Assembly: GCF_006345805.1 (NCBI RefSeq)
Contig: NC_043006.1
Coordinates: forward strand, 93,434,001-93,498,000
Direction of reading: 5' to 3'
Origin: Octopus sinensis
Lineage: Eukaryota
DNA: 64,000 nt
The notes under the pieces are model-generated. The model was not told where the DNA came from, made no database searches, and saw nothing but the letters and a program-made list of their open reading frames with translations. This document shows positions 1-13,060 of the stretch, piece by piece (the stretch's first letter is position 1; each line of letters begins with the position of its first letter). A program made the position numbers and the translations under genes.

Positions 1-569
1 CCATGTCCACGTTGGCGCATTCGGGTGGTCTAGTCGGAACCTGTCAGACAGTTGAAAGCGTCTGAGCAGGTCTCTGAGGCATTTGCATCCCCGTCTATTC
101 CTATCTCTACCCACGTAGTCTACATGCGTGTCTAAGGTAGCATTCCAATCCCCCACTAAGAGTAAAGGACGAGACGTTCCCAAGAAAACTTCTAGACGTT
201 GAAAGAAATCCGCCCGACCTGTTAAGGGCGGTGCGTAAACTGATACGAGTCGAAAAGCGCACCCATTGCTGCCGTCGACATCCAGGACGACCAGTCTACC
301 CTCCGGGTCTACGAATATTGTCCTTACATTGAGATCCAGACTCTTGTGAAAAAGTACCGCGGTGCCACTACCGCCCATTCTCGGCAGACAGGGGGAAAAA
401 TAAATGTTGAACTGTCCGCCAAATTGGTCTTTAGGGCCCGCGGATTGTGGAGTCTGGTCTCGCTTATGGCTATGATTTCTAACTTATGTGACTTTATGTC
501 ATTTAAGAGGTACCCTTGTTTCCAAGGGGACCCCAAGCCACGCGCATTTACACAACCAACCTTGATCAT
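1..569 (-). pseudogene. L1/Tx1 ORF2 apurinic-like endonuclease domain with one frameshift near 400-430
   Basis: MIKVGCVNARGL..LEIIAISET, then after the shift GSGTAVLFHK..DPEGRLVVLDV..LVSVYAP..LLLVGDWNA..LSDRFRLDHPNAPTWTW; these are canonical L1 EN motifs. Confidence 0.9.
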
Positions 570-758
570 AGTTCTAATGAATTAGAATACAGAGGGTTAC
601 TTACTGCTCGAAAGTTTTTGCTTTCTCCTCCGTTGGTTTGTCCTCGAGAAGATCCCAGTACAGTTTCTTTGTGAGATATTTTTGGCATTTACCAACCGCA
701 CTGGGGAAAATGCCTTTGAGTGTGTGGTGCAGACTTTTGGAGATGTGTAATATTTTGG
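1..758 (-). mobile_element. 5'-truncated Tx1-like L1 retrotransposon (end of ORF1, spacer, start of ORF2); runs off the window start
   Basis: Minus strand reads as an APE endonuclease from ATG 569. A probable ORF1 C-terminus lies at ~600-758. The 5' junction abuts (GATA)n at 760. Confidence 0.88.
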
Positions 759-759
<1 letters not shown>

Positions 760-816
<57 letters not shown>

Positions 817-855
817 GTAGGTAGGTAGGTAGGTAGGTAGGTAGGTAGGTAGGTA
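760..855. repeat. (GATA)n followed by (GGTA)n microsatellite
   Basis: Directly visible. Confidence 0.97.
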
Positions 856-1723
856 GACATAAATTTATAGATACATAGGTAGATAGATATATATATATAT
901 ACATAAGTACACTGAACACTAACAACTAATATTTGGTGAAGTTGTGTATAGCTAGGTAGATTCATAAAATATGAGTATTTGTGTGAGCTTGTGTGTGCGT
1001 GTGTCCGTTTGTATTTATAGGTAGGTATATATATAAACACACACACAGGCATACATATTGTACAGACACATAGATAGATAAATATTAAATAGGTACGTAT
1101 GTATATAGACAGTTATATACACAATCACACAAATACACAGACATGTATACATACATACACAAGCATATGCATGAATGTATATATCCATAAGCGTACACGC
1201 ACAGAACCAGACACTCCCACAACCATACACATACACATGCAGATATTTATACATACATAGACTTAAGTTTGTACTTCTAGATAATTATGTCTGTATATAT
1301 TTTCAATTGAAACTGTTGCTATGCCAACAATACCTCAGAGTCTTCTCAATGACGCACTAAAGTTTTATTGTATAGAAAAGAAAACTTCTGCTTACTTCAG
1401 ACTAACAGATTCTGTGCGCACTCCTCTCCATAAAGCAACACCTGTTCCTACCAAGGAAACATGTAATTGGGTTCTGAGAGCAGCAGATACAGAACTGAGA
1501 TTGTACAGATACATAGATTATGAAAGAATATTGCGAGGAAGAGAACAAAACAAGGAAAATGCTCAGAGGAAAAAATAAGGTATTCATTCGACTACAGTTA
1601 GGCAGTATTATTACTTAAGAAATAGACCCATATATAGGTACATACGTAATACAATTAGCAAACTCGCGTCATTAGAATCAAGAATTTCTAGTAATCAAGA
1701 TTCTCTGTCGTTAACACTTTCCC

Positions 1724-1765
<42 letters not shown>

Positions 1766-1891
1766 CTTTACTCCCCCCTATTTCTCACTCTCGTTTAAAG
1801 TATGTGAAACCTGAACAAGGATTAATATTATGAGAAAATGTAACAGCATCCGGTAGTCTGGTCCATCACATAAGCATATGTGCGCGCGCGC

Positions 1892-1927
<36 letters not shown>

Positions 1928-2273
1928 ATGTGTGTGTGTGTATTTATGCATGTATGTATATATATATATTGGTCTGCTCACTAAGCCAGAAGGGTGGCAT
2001 AATGCGAAAGCTAAAACGGTATAAAGCGCATTGTGACGAGCGATGTATAGCAAAATTCGATAACCTAGTCGATCACGTGATACATGTGGGTATCTCCATA
2101 TGATACCGTGTAAATAAAGGTTTCAGAAGACTGGCTGATAACAAAAAACAACTGAAGAGGGTGAGTTGGCAGAAGATCCAGGTTCGCATTCCATGGCAGC
2201 CTTCCATCCTTTATATATCCATAGCTGCTTCAACTTCGCGTTCAAATGTTAAAATCGAATTAGTTTCCCTCTT

Positions 2274-2305
<32 letters not shown>

Positions 2306-2661
2306 CTTTCTCTCCCTCTCTCTCTTTCCCTCTCTTTCTTTCTTTCTTTCTCTTTCTCTCTCAGTTTCTAAATTCTAATCACGTAGACACATATGCATGC
2401 GTGTGATTGTGTGCTTGTGTGTTTGTGTGTGTGTGTGTGTGTGTGTACGCGTATGCCTGTGTGTATATGAGCATGTGTATATATGTGTGTGAGTGTGTGT
2501 GCCATTCTTGTTAAATGATGATTATGTGCATGGAGATACTCAATAACTGGTGTTGAAGCCATGAACAAAACATGTACATACATATGCAAAACGCTTGCCG
2601 TGTTGAACCAAATGAAACCCTTCTTCTCCTTCCCTCATCTATATCCAGATGCTTACACAAA

Positions 2662-2891
2662 GGCGGCGAGCTGGCAGAAACGTTAGCATGCCGGGTGGAA
2701 TGCTTAGCTGTATTTGGTCTGCCGTTACGTTCTGAGTTCAAATTCCGCCGAGGTCGACTTTGCCTTTCATCCTCTCGGCATCGATAAATAAAGTACCAGT
2801 TTCGCACTGGGTCGATGTAATCGACTTAATCCCTTTGCCTGTCCTTGTTTGTCCCCTCTATGTTTAGCCCCTTGTGGGTAGTAAAGAAATA
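2662..2891 (+). mobile_element. tRNA-derived SINE, family A (head GGCGGCGAGCTGGCAGAA)
   Basis: tRNA-like head with B-box GAGTTCAAATTCC, followed by GCCTTTCATCC..GATAAATAAAGTACCAG..CTGGGGTCGAT; many copies in the window. Confidence 0.9.
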
Positions 2892-3379
2892 TATATCCAT
2901 TTGTTTACACCACTGTCACACTTCACATATGTACATAAAGGTAACTATGAGAGGAGACACACTGATTTTACACAAATCTAAATGAGATTTTCACTGTAAT
3001 TTCTATTTGGATACCCTGTGTTTGGTTTCAAGTAAGAATATATCTTCATATAATATATTCTGCTGAACTGTTAAGATTTGGCAACAGAAGCTAATATTCC
3101 ACGTTAATTTCTAAAGACTTTCAGTTTTAGCAACGATAAATACGAATTGGTCGTTAAAAATAGAGCGCAATATTGGTGTTAAATGGTTTAGTCGCTTTTC
3201 TAATGCAAGCTTAGTGATGTTAAATGCTTTGGGCAATTATAATTTTCCATAATCAATAAATCACACTCTATTTACATCCCCAAAGTATAAATTGATAAAA
3301 ATCAATACGCCAAGTGCTAATAGGCAGGACACAAGCAAAGCGAACGAAAGAGATGTTGGCTTGAGCCAACAGCAAAATT

Positions 3380-5525
3380 ATCTTTAAAAAATAACATCAA
3401 ACAACACGTTGGACAATGTAAAAATAAGAAAATATGATGACAAAACTCAGAAAATACGATGACACATTCACCTGTCGTGACGGTAACACTGAACCGAGAA
3501 AACCGTGGTAATGTTTCGTGCAAAGGCAGTTTAAAGGAGTAACACATTCAGATTTTGAAAGAATCTTTTCAAAGAAGGTATTTGGATTCCAGTTACAAGG
3601 ACTTAAATATGGTTTCGTCACTTATCTCAAACACCAGAAATACTTTGGCGAAAACCAGTGAAGCACGTATAATTGTAAGAAGTAATATAATGTCCCGCGC
3701 AAAATACTTGTTACAGCTCATGGAAGATAAAAATATATAAAAAATATTGATAATATACAATATTCTAAAGACAGGGTTCAAGGCGTACATCTTATAAAGT
3801 TTTGATGAAACTGTCTGAAAGTCTTAAAATCAGCCAAATATTCTCTCCTAAAATGAACGAATCAAAACACGTTACTAGTTCTGCTTGTTTTTCTACGCAA
3901 TATTTATAAAGGTAAGATTAAAGAATATCGTGTGGAGAAGTGATAATATTAATTTAATTCATCCATAAACGGAATTCGCTTGAAACTTTGTTGAAGTATT
4001 ATCACTGACAGAGTTGCGGCTATGTTATAAAAAAATATTTCTCTGTTTTAAGAATAAAAAGAAAATTCACGAATTCACAATGCTGAAACCATCCAACGTT
4101 TTGTTCATTGTCAAGTACAAACAGTGAAATGCATACCGGAAATAAGTATGTCACACGTGTAGCCGTCATGGTGGTAGTGGTGGTAGCTGCTGTTGTTGCT
4201 AGTGAATGAAGATGTATTACTCGAGCTGCGTGAAAAAGTAACAAACAATACTCGCAAACAATTAACAGATTTTTAAAATTTCACATACTGTTTTATGTGC
4301 TGGTCTTTGACAAATACTAACACCAATAATTACACATTGGAAGACATACAGCTTGGGATCTATGACAAGTTAGCTTATATAGCGATCTGTTTGCTGACCC
4401 ATCGTAACTGGAAAATAATTACGCATATTTGTGTTGATGAAAATCCCTATCTTCTATCTGCCATCGGTATAAATCGACTGGATGCGGTGATGAGAATGGA
4501 GACGGCGTGCGGATGGGTCAACATTCCACGATTATCACCAAAAACTGCCTTTATATAGGGCACAACTTGAAGTTTCTAGAAAATAGAAACATGTGATGGT
4601 TTGACGCTGATTGGTTGCTTACGAGGCCGATCATCTGAAACTACTGTAGCTTGATTGTGATGTTTCCCCGGCTACCTAGCGTTTTAGTTTCGAATCACCA
4701 TTACATGCTCTAAAAGATGCTGTAAAACTGATCTACTTTGTTAAACCAAGATCACTAAATGTACCAAAATCCAGCCTATTGTAAGGAATTACTGGAAATC
4801 CGGTGTAAATTTTGCTCTGCTGGTTATCATGCAGGATATAGAACTGGCGTTGATATTTTATAAATCGCCTGAAGTATTAACACATCCTTTTGAATATATA
4901 CCCCAAGAAAGTTTTGTGGAGTAAAAAATAGAAGAATGTATTTCTGATATATTCACTTTCTTCAATTTTCCTAAGTGAAGACACAAAAGAATACAAGAAA
5001 TGTTCTTAAATCAAGATACAAAAGATTCAGTTTTGCAACATTTGTCTGATATGTGTAAATCAATAACTGAATGTTCTCCAGCTGAAACTGAAAGCTAACT
5101 TTGGGTTGAAAACCCATTTGTAGACTCGTTAAAGTGAAGCTATCTTTCATGAGAAGAGAAAAAAATATAGTAAATAGACACTGGAAGAAATTTTATCTAA
5201 AAATCAAAATTCTAACAAGTAGAACTGAAGAAAAATTTGGATTGCATTCTTAATGGAGTATTCTACTAAAGTGTAAGGGTTTTAATGTGAGAGTGCTATT
5301 TTCAAATACCTGTGTGTGGGTTTAATGTTAGAAGTACTACGTATGTACTATTTATCTATTTCACTATACTTGTATATGTGAAATAACTTTTTCACTAAGT
5401 TGAATAGCAAAAACATAAACAAATTTGGAAATAATGTGAATACAGAAAAAGTCGTGTTACGGTTACAAGGAACAGCCATAAATCTAAATATTAGAAGACC
5501 AGAACCAGCCTCATCCAAGTTGCTA
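3380..5525 (+). pseudogene. Heavily decayed hAT (Charlie/ZBED5-like) transposase
   Basis: Collinear motif remnants: RKYDD (~3430), LAKTSEARII (~3645), NWKIITHICVDE (~4410), DAVKLIYFVKPRSLN (~4715), WLSCR, WVENPF (~5100), FWIAFLMEYS, CEITFS and terminal QPHPSC* (~5525). Many stops and frameshifts. Confidence 0.75.
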
Positions 5526-5540
5526 GATTTATATGAGTGT

Positions 5541-5680
<140 letters not shown>

Positions 5681-6570
5681 TTAATGTGCATATGTTAATG
5701 TTTCTTTTTTTGTTCAGTCACAATAAAATGAATTTTACATTCATCTGATGAATGTAGAGTACAAATTTATTATTCTCAAGCAAGATTATTATTGACAGTG
5801 ACTTCGAAGTTTCGTCCCGTGAATACTTGTTATATATATATCCATTTATAAATTTATATACAGAAAGAAGAAGAGCCAGAGGAATACTGTCACACGCTAT
5901 CGAAACTTAACTTAACTTGAGAATGCATCCGCATATTATTTTCGTTGTCCATGGAGTAAGGAGCAGATATTGACATCCCCTGGGATTTTTCGCAACACTA
6001 AACAGCACATCACAACATCCAAAATGGAACGTGAGTGTGTGTGTATGTATGTGTGTGCAATAGAAGTAGTTTACTATACTAATGCTCAGTTTCAAATTTT
6101 TCTTTTTGCTTCTTCTACTTCAATTTGTCCCTGTTATTCTTTAGTTTGCTGCTTTTGTCTACTTTATTATCGGATGGAGTATTAAGAGAGCCCTCATCTT
6201 TTCTTCTTTCTTTTTCCTTTATTCACTAAGGTGGAGACAGAAAGCTTCTCACTGTTTATCTAAATATATTTGAAAGAAGAAAAAAAAAACACACATCACT
6301 AGTAATTGATCAATGAATCGATAAAGAAGTGTAGACGGTGGTGCAGATTGAACTTATGCCCTTAGAATTGGAAAACTTTTAATTCCATGACCTGTCGCTT
6401 CTTTTTTTCATTTTGGTTAAAATAGCACAAACATTCCATTTTTCAATTTATTTGCTTTTATATTTTATTTGCTTTCCGCCTTCATATTTTGTGTTTTTCT
6501 TTTTTTTTTCTCTTTAGATTGCTTTTATACATCTTTATATTCTCTTGTTCGTTTATATACACACATACAT

Positions 6571-6617
<47 letters not shown>

Positions 6618-6623
6618 ACACAC

Positions 6624-6662
<39 letters not shown>

Positions 6663-6669
6663 CAATCAT

Positions 6670-6903
6670 CTTTTATATGTTTTAGCCATTGGACTGCGGC
6701 CATGCTGGGGCCCGGATATTTTTAGTCGAACAAATCGATCCGGACACTTATTTTAAAGTCTGGTACTTACTCAGCTGTGCTTTTGTCAAACAAACCGATA
6801 CGGATTATTAAGCAGTGATGTGGGGCAAAAACAAACACATACGCAGATGCGTGCATACATACGCACGGCATGCACACATTCACACGGGCACACACATACA
6901 TAG

Positions 6904-6940
<37 letters not shown>

Positions 6941-7105
6941 CGCGTGTGTGTATGAAAGGCTTTCACGCAGTTTCCACCTACCAAATTCATTCAGAAATTG
7001 GTCAATCGGGGGCTATAGTAGAAGTCACTAAATGCCACGTGTTGGGAACGAAATTGAAGGCACGTGCTTGGAAAGTGAGCTTCTTAACCGCATACCAATC
7101 CCTGC
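6670..7105 (-). mobile_element. Diverged bipartite tRNA-SINE, family B (head, internal CA/TA microsatellite, 3' module)
   Basis: Similar to the reverse complement of the copies at 18545 and 27148. Confidence 0.75.
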
Positions 7106-7357
7106 ATTTCTCCTTCAAATTTTCTTCGTTCTTCCTTCAGGCCTTCATTTCACTCGCTTCCCCACCCATTTCTCTTTCATTTCGTTTCATCAAACTAGAT
7201 ATTTTTTTATCATTTTATTTCATATTTTCGACGTTATTTAGTTCTCTTTTTTACTTTTCTTGCCTTGTCACAAACGCCATGTTTTGGCATCTTAGATTCT
7301 ATTTTTTTTTGTAGATATTTCTCTCTTGGTATTTCTTTCCACCCGCTTTCGTCAGTT

Positions 7358-7460
7358 TCATCATCATCATCATCATTGTCATAATCATCATCATCATCAT
7401 CATCATTATCATCCCCATCATCATCATCATTGTCATCATCGTCGTCGTCATCATCATCAT
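7358..7460. repeat. (CAT)n imperfect trinucleotide repeat
   Basis: Directly visible; source of the poly-His ORF. Confidence 0.95.
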
Positions 7461-7616
7461 CTCTTCGTTATTTATATTTTCTTCATTTACTTATTCTCCC
7501 TCCTTATTTTCTACTTCACATGTTATCGTATCCACAATTTTGTTTTCTACAATAATATATATGAAATTCAATTATATATATATATGTTCATACATACATA
7601 CATACATACATACATG

Positions 7617-7624
<8 letters not shown>

Positions 7625-7708
<84 letters not shown>
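7625..7708. repeat. (TA)n
   Basis: Directly visible. Confidence 0.97.
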
Positions 7709-7711
<3 letters not shown>

Positions 7712-10361
7712 GTTTTAGTGTTTATATGTGCATGTGTATGTATTTGTCAGTGGGCGCTCGATTGTATTTGTGCGTAGTTATGTGTTTGCACATGTATATG
7801 TGCTTGAACGATCTGTATATGTATGTGCACACACAATCACACACATATATGTATATTTATGTATACACTTCAATTTATTTTGTGTTCGTTTGATGAGTTT
7901 TGCTTTTTATTCTCTTTGTCTATGTCTGTAATATTATAAATAATATTTTCTTGATTATCTTTCTTTGTCTTATTGCAACTTTATTTATTTTTCCTTCCAC
8001 GATTTCTTAACTATGATTTCCCCCACCGCCGCAGACACATCAATACCCGTCCACACTTCACACCAAAGTTCTCTCCTTGCTCCTACCTCGACCTCAAACC
8101 TCGTGCTCTTCAACGTCTCATTGTTCAATATCTATAAATCAACTACAAATACGTTAACGAGGAAATGTCTGTGCGTGTCTACGTGTGTGAAACAAATATT
8201 GATTAGAAAACATTAGATATTTTATTTATACAGGGATATCATTAATATTGCCCATAGAGAAACTGAGCTAGCAAATACAAATTTATATTTCTGTTGTTTT
8301 TCATTCTTTAACTTAGTATTATTAGATTTATCATTGATGTTAGCTTTGTTATTTTAATGGCTATACTTGACGTATAGTTAACGCATTGAGGAAGAAAGAG
8401 AGGAACTCCATTTTATATTTACATCTCCTTATATTCTTTCTCTTCAACCAAACCAAAATCACATGAATTTACTGCATACAGATATTTGACTAATTACATC
8501 ATACAACAGTCTATATTATTTATCGTTTATTAAAACTTGTAGTATGTGTGTATATATGTGCGTGTATGAATCTATTGCGATTTCTGTTAACATGCATATC
8601 ATAGAAGGACAATCCAAAGAGGAGGCCGAGTCATTAGGATATTGATTTCCAGCCTGATTGCTCGCCGATTTGTAGTCTTAACTGCGTTGGATTGCAAGTG
8701 GACATTGAAATGATTATGCTGCCATTGATGAGTTTGATAATGATGTTTAACCTCGTGACTAGCAGCCTAAACATTTGTAGAAAAACGGAATATAAATTGA
8801 ATATGGTCAATATGTAACTAGCGTGTCTAGTATTTATCTATCAATTATGGCGAAATGAAAATAAAATCAACATCTTTAGTAATTACGCCTGACTCTTGGA
8901 TGACTCTAAAGGAATTCTATTTTGCAAGAATTCGGATCGGTTCTCCGCTTGTTACTTCTTTCTCCACTTTTTCTTACATTTTGCCATTACGTGTGGAGGT
9001 ATTTCGACAAGAACCCTACGATTCCGGGTACCACAGAGTCCTGGTTGATATAAATATATGGACAGGTAGAAAGTTTCGATAAACGATGATTAATATAGTT
9101 TGTAATATAATGAAATTAGCCGAATTTCTCTTTGGAATAAGTTGACGTGATTTTCATTTTGTTGAAAAGGGAAACTCCATCGAATGAGTTAAATTGAAAC
9201 GGAGTTACGTCTTTCTTCAAAGTTTCTACTCTACATCAACTATATTTAAATAACAGTTAACTGCAATGTAAATCTAACAATAGCTTAGTCGTTGGCTCAT
9301 AATCATAGGGATAAATGTGAGATCATCACTCCAGTATGGGAGAGGGCATGTCTCTTACCTAGGGTTTCATAGATTTAAAACACTTCTTATGTTCCATATG
9401 ACCCTGTCTCGTTTGACGAAAACTGCGCTACGACAGATGTTCTCTAAGTGTTTGTTTAACTACACCTATTCGGGCGTTTTTACTCGCCTTTTACTCTATA
9501 CACCTGTACTTCATAGTGTTGCTGTCTATGATTTTTAACTCAGCTGTTTAATATATATGTAAGGCCTTTCTTTCCTCCCCTCACATTTCGAGTTGCATTT
9601 CCGACAGAGCCCTCATCTCTTCTGCGAGTAGCTTTTGTCTAAGATTGAGAAACAATGGTATTGTTGCAGCTGGTATTGCTGTTGTCTTTGTAGTTGCTAT
9701 CAATGATAACGTGAGTGGTACAAGTGACTAAATAGCCGTGGCAATGGTGTGGTGATGATGGACGGATTGATAGTGATTTTGGCACTAGTTTCTGCAAATA
9801 TTTTAGGTGACGGCATCATCACCTCCGATATCGTCACTGGCGCTAGTGTTCACAGCGGTTAAGGTGATGTTGGCAGAATGCCAGCGAATATTCTAATCAG
9901 AATATTCTAATCAGGAAAGAGCGTGACGTTTCTACCTCTGCCATTTTCTCCCCTTCTTTCTTCAACCCTTACTATTCCTGTGGTTGCATTTACTGAACTG
10001 CCACATATTCATAAAAAGACATAGACTTATAACATTTAAAGTTTTATTTATTCAATGAGAAATACTAAAGACTGGAATACGGAAATATGACTTTCTTTTA
10101 TGGGCCCAAAACAAGAACACAATCACCGAACCGCGAACCGCATCACTGGTCGCTTCCAAAACGAGTTAAAGCACACTAACGACGGAAATAAATGATTTAT
10201 GAAGGAAAATCTACAATAATTTATAACAAAATCACGAAATGATGCAGAATCGTGATTCACGCTTGTAGAACAATCATAATAATAATTATTATTATATATT
10301 TTTCGATGTTCAAATAATAATAATAATAATAATAATTTTTATCATATTATTATTATTATTA

Positions 10362-10365
<4 letters not shown>

Positions 10366-10431
<66 letters not shown>

Positions 10432-10487
10432 GAATTAACTATGAATATATAATAAAAAATATCAACAACAAAACAGCAACAACTATG

Positions 10488-10550
<63 letters not shown>

Positions 10551-10562
10551 TAATAATAATAT
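10366..10562. repeat. (ATT)n and (ATA)n tracts in opposite orientation with a ~55-nt spacer
   Basis: Directly visible. Confidence 0.92.
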
Positions 10563-11078
10563 TCTGGTGCAATTTTTCTTTAAGAATGCATTAACGCTCT
10601 TCAACATCGAAAGAAACAAAAGTATGGAGATGAAAAGAAGTGCAATAGAGATTTTTTGATTAATGTTGTGAGAGATTCCAGCATGATCAATAACAGAGGC
10701 GAAAGTATTTTGTATGTTGCGTTCAGAAAGATTGGTGTGAAAACACCGTCATAAAACTGTTCTTCAGAAATGGCTATGGATTTGTTGTTGTTGTTGTTGT
10801 GGTGGTTGATCTCAAACGGTTAGTGATCAAGAAGAAAAATAACAGTGCTTTTTTAAAAATTATTTTTAATATTTTCTAGGAAAACCACACAACAAAACTA
10901 AACAACTGTCAAAATGTCACGATGAAACATATTTCAAGTAATTCAACTAATTCAAACCGCAATTCCAGCTGGGTTTCAATTTCCAAAGATTATTGTTCTT
11001 CAAAGAAAAACTCACAATGGACATATATATATATATATATATAATATATATATATATGTGTGTGTGTGGTGTGTGTGT

Positions 11079-11116
<38 letters not shown>

Positions 11117-11118
11117 AA

Positions 11119-11151
<33 letters not shown>

Positions 11152-11432
11152 TATATATATACAGTTATATATATATATATATATATATACAGACACATGC
11201 ACACATAAGCACGCATACACACATACATAAGTATATGGATGTATTTATGCATATACGTATGCATATATTTGTACACACATTTATGTATATATATATGCTT
11301 GTATGTATATATATATACACACACACATATATATCTATATATGTGTGTGTGTGTGTGTTTATGTATATATATATTTACAGCCATATGTATATATATATAT
11401 GTATGTATATATGTATGAATATATATATATAT

Positions 11433-11433
<1 letters not shown>

Positions 11434-11521
<88 letters not shown>

Positions 11522-11525
11522 GATA
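11434..11525. repeat. (GATA)n
   Basis: Directly visible. Confidence 0.97.
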
Positions 11526-12338
11526 TAGATATAAATATAGATATATATACACATATATGTATGTATGTATGTTTGCACGTATGAATCAGCGAATTTCTTT
11601 TTGATGACTTATCAGAGGAGTGGGGAGGGAATGTACCTGTACATTAAGGATTTTTAAATGAAGAGAATGGTTTTAAAACGAAGCAAAATATTCGTTTGAA
11701 GCTGAAAGAAATTATAGCAAACAATATCACAAATAAAATATGATTCGCAAATGACGTTGATGCCGTATAAATTTCATTTCAATTGTTTTGAAGAGGGTCA
11801 TTGATGTTCTGTCATTGTCAAGGTAAACCAGTTTAGCTCGACTTTGTAGATTTGATAAAATATATGACGCAACAGTTTACACGCTCCAGCCTCTGGTACA
11901 CAGGTATACTATCTTCCCTCTCTTTCTCTCATTCTCTCTCTCTCCCTCCCTCCCTCCCTCTCTCCTACTGCTTGTCACAACTGGCAAGTCTCATTCCACT
12001 TTCTCTCAGGCGTCTTCGTTCTACTCGTTCCTCATCCTGTCATCCATCGCCCGTTTTCTCTAAAACCCATCCCAAATCTAATAGCAATCACTACGGCCAT
12101 CTCAGGAAGCTGAGCCAATGGAATGCATTCTCTCTTCATCTATTTACCGTAGGAGTTTCAGAAGACTTAAGTACTGCCCCTTCTTCAATATGCAGTCAGT
12201 AAAAACAAATAAAATGTTTACGCCTGTAACATTATCTAGGCCTTCGGTACCGTATTAAGGTATTTGATATAAGATTCGATCCGGGCCATTCAATCTTACC
12301 ATATCTTTTGTCTCTAAAGATAGTGTTTTTCATTATTA

Positions 12339-12407
<69 letters not shown>

Positions 12408-12408
<1 letters not shown>

Positions 12409-12628
12409 GGTCACTGCTTGGAATTGAACTCGGAAACTTGGGGTTAGTTTCGATTCCAAGCAGTGACCTGAATAATAATACGAAGAACATTGAAAAATAC
12501 TTTAGGAATGAGAACCAAGACTCGAAATTTCCCCAAGAAACCCGATGAAGGCTGTATATCAGCCGAAACGGTGTGTTCACAACAAAAAAGATGAAGACAA
12601 ATATCCGTCAAATGTAAATAATGCAAAT
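12408..12628 (+). mobile_element. tRNA-headed short element with an inverted 5' segment and a hammerhead-like (PLE-type) tail
   Basis: 17-bp perfect inverted repeat (12408-12424 / 12453-12469); B-box-like GTTTCGATTCC at 12447; hammerhead-like motif at 12542-12572. Confidence 0.65.
12537..12578 (+). ncRNA. Degenerate type I hammerhead ribozyme motif
   Basis: C-C-GATGA(A), stem II GGCTG/CAGCC, GAAAC-GGT, weak stem I. U4>C and U16.1>G, so probably inactive. Confidence 0.6.
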
Positions 12629-12680
12629 CATGGCAGGTGGTTATTCAAAAGAAAACCTGCCAATAGTGATATACATCTCA

Positions 12681-13060
12681 GGCGGCGAGCTGGCAGAATC
12701 ATTAGCACGCCGGGCGAAATGCTTAACAGTATTTCGTTTGCCGCTACGTTCTGAGTTCAAATTCCGCCGAGGTCGACTTTGCCTTTCATCCTTTCCAGTC
12801 ACGCACTGGGGTCGATATAATCGACTTAATCCGGATGTCTGTCCTTGCTTGTCCTCTCTGTGTTTAGCCCCTCGTGGGTAGTAAAGAAATTGGTATTTCG
12901 TCTGTCTCTACGTTCTTAGTTCAAATTCCACCGTGGTCGACTTTGCCTTTCCTCCTTTCGAGGTCGATAAATTAAGTATATTTTGCGTACTGGGGTCGAT
13001 CTAATTGACTTCACCCCTCCTCTGGAAATTTCGGGCCTTGTGCCTAGAATAGAAAGAATA
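12681..13060 (+). mobile_element. Family A SINE plus a tandem second partial copy (from ~12895)
   Basis: GGCGGCGAGCTGGCAGAA head at 12681; a second GTTCAAATTCC..GGTCGAT module at ~12915-13000. Confidence 0.88.

Noticed and set aside
597-1052. 151-aa ORF, and similar long ORFs at 7326, 11151, 23833, 62832 and elsewhere
   Set aside because: Mostly translated microsatellites (YLPT, IYLS, HTHT, poly-I/H/N); only the last ~50 codons of this one overlap the L1 relic.
9886-9915. 15-bp tandem duplication GAATATTCTAATCAG
   Set aside because: Ordinary slippage or footprint; nothing further supports a function.
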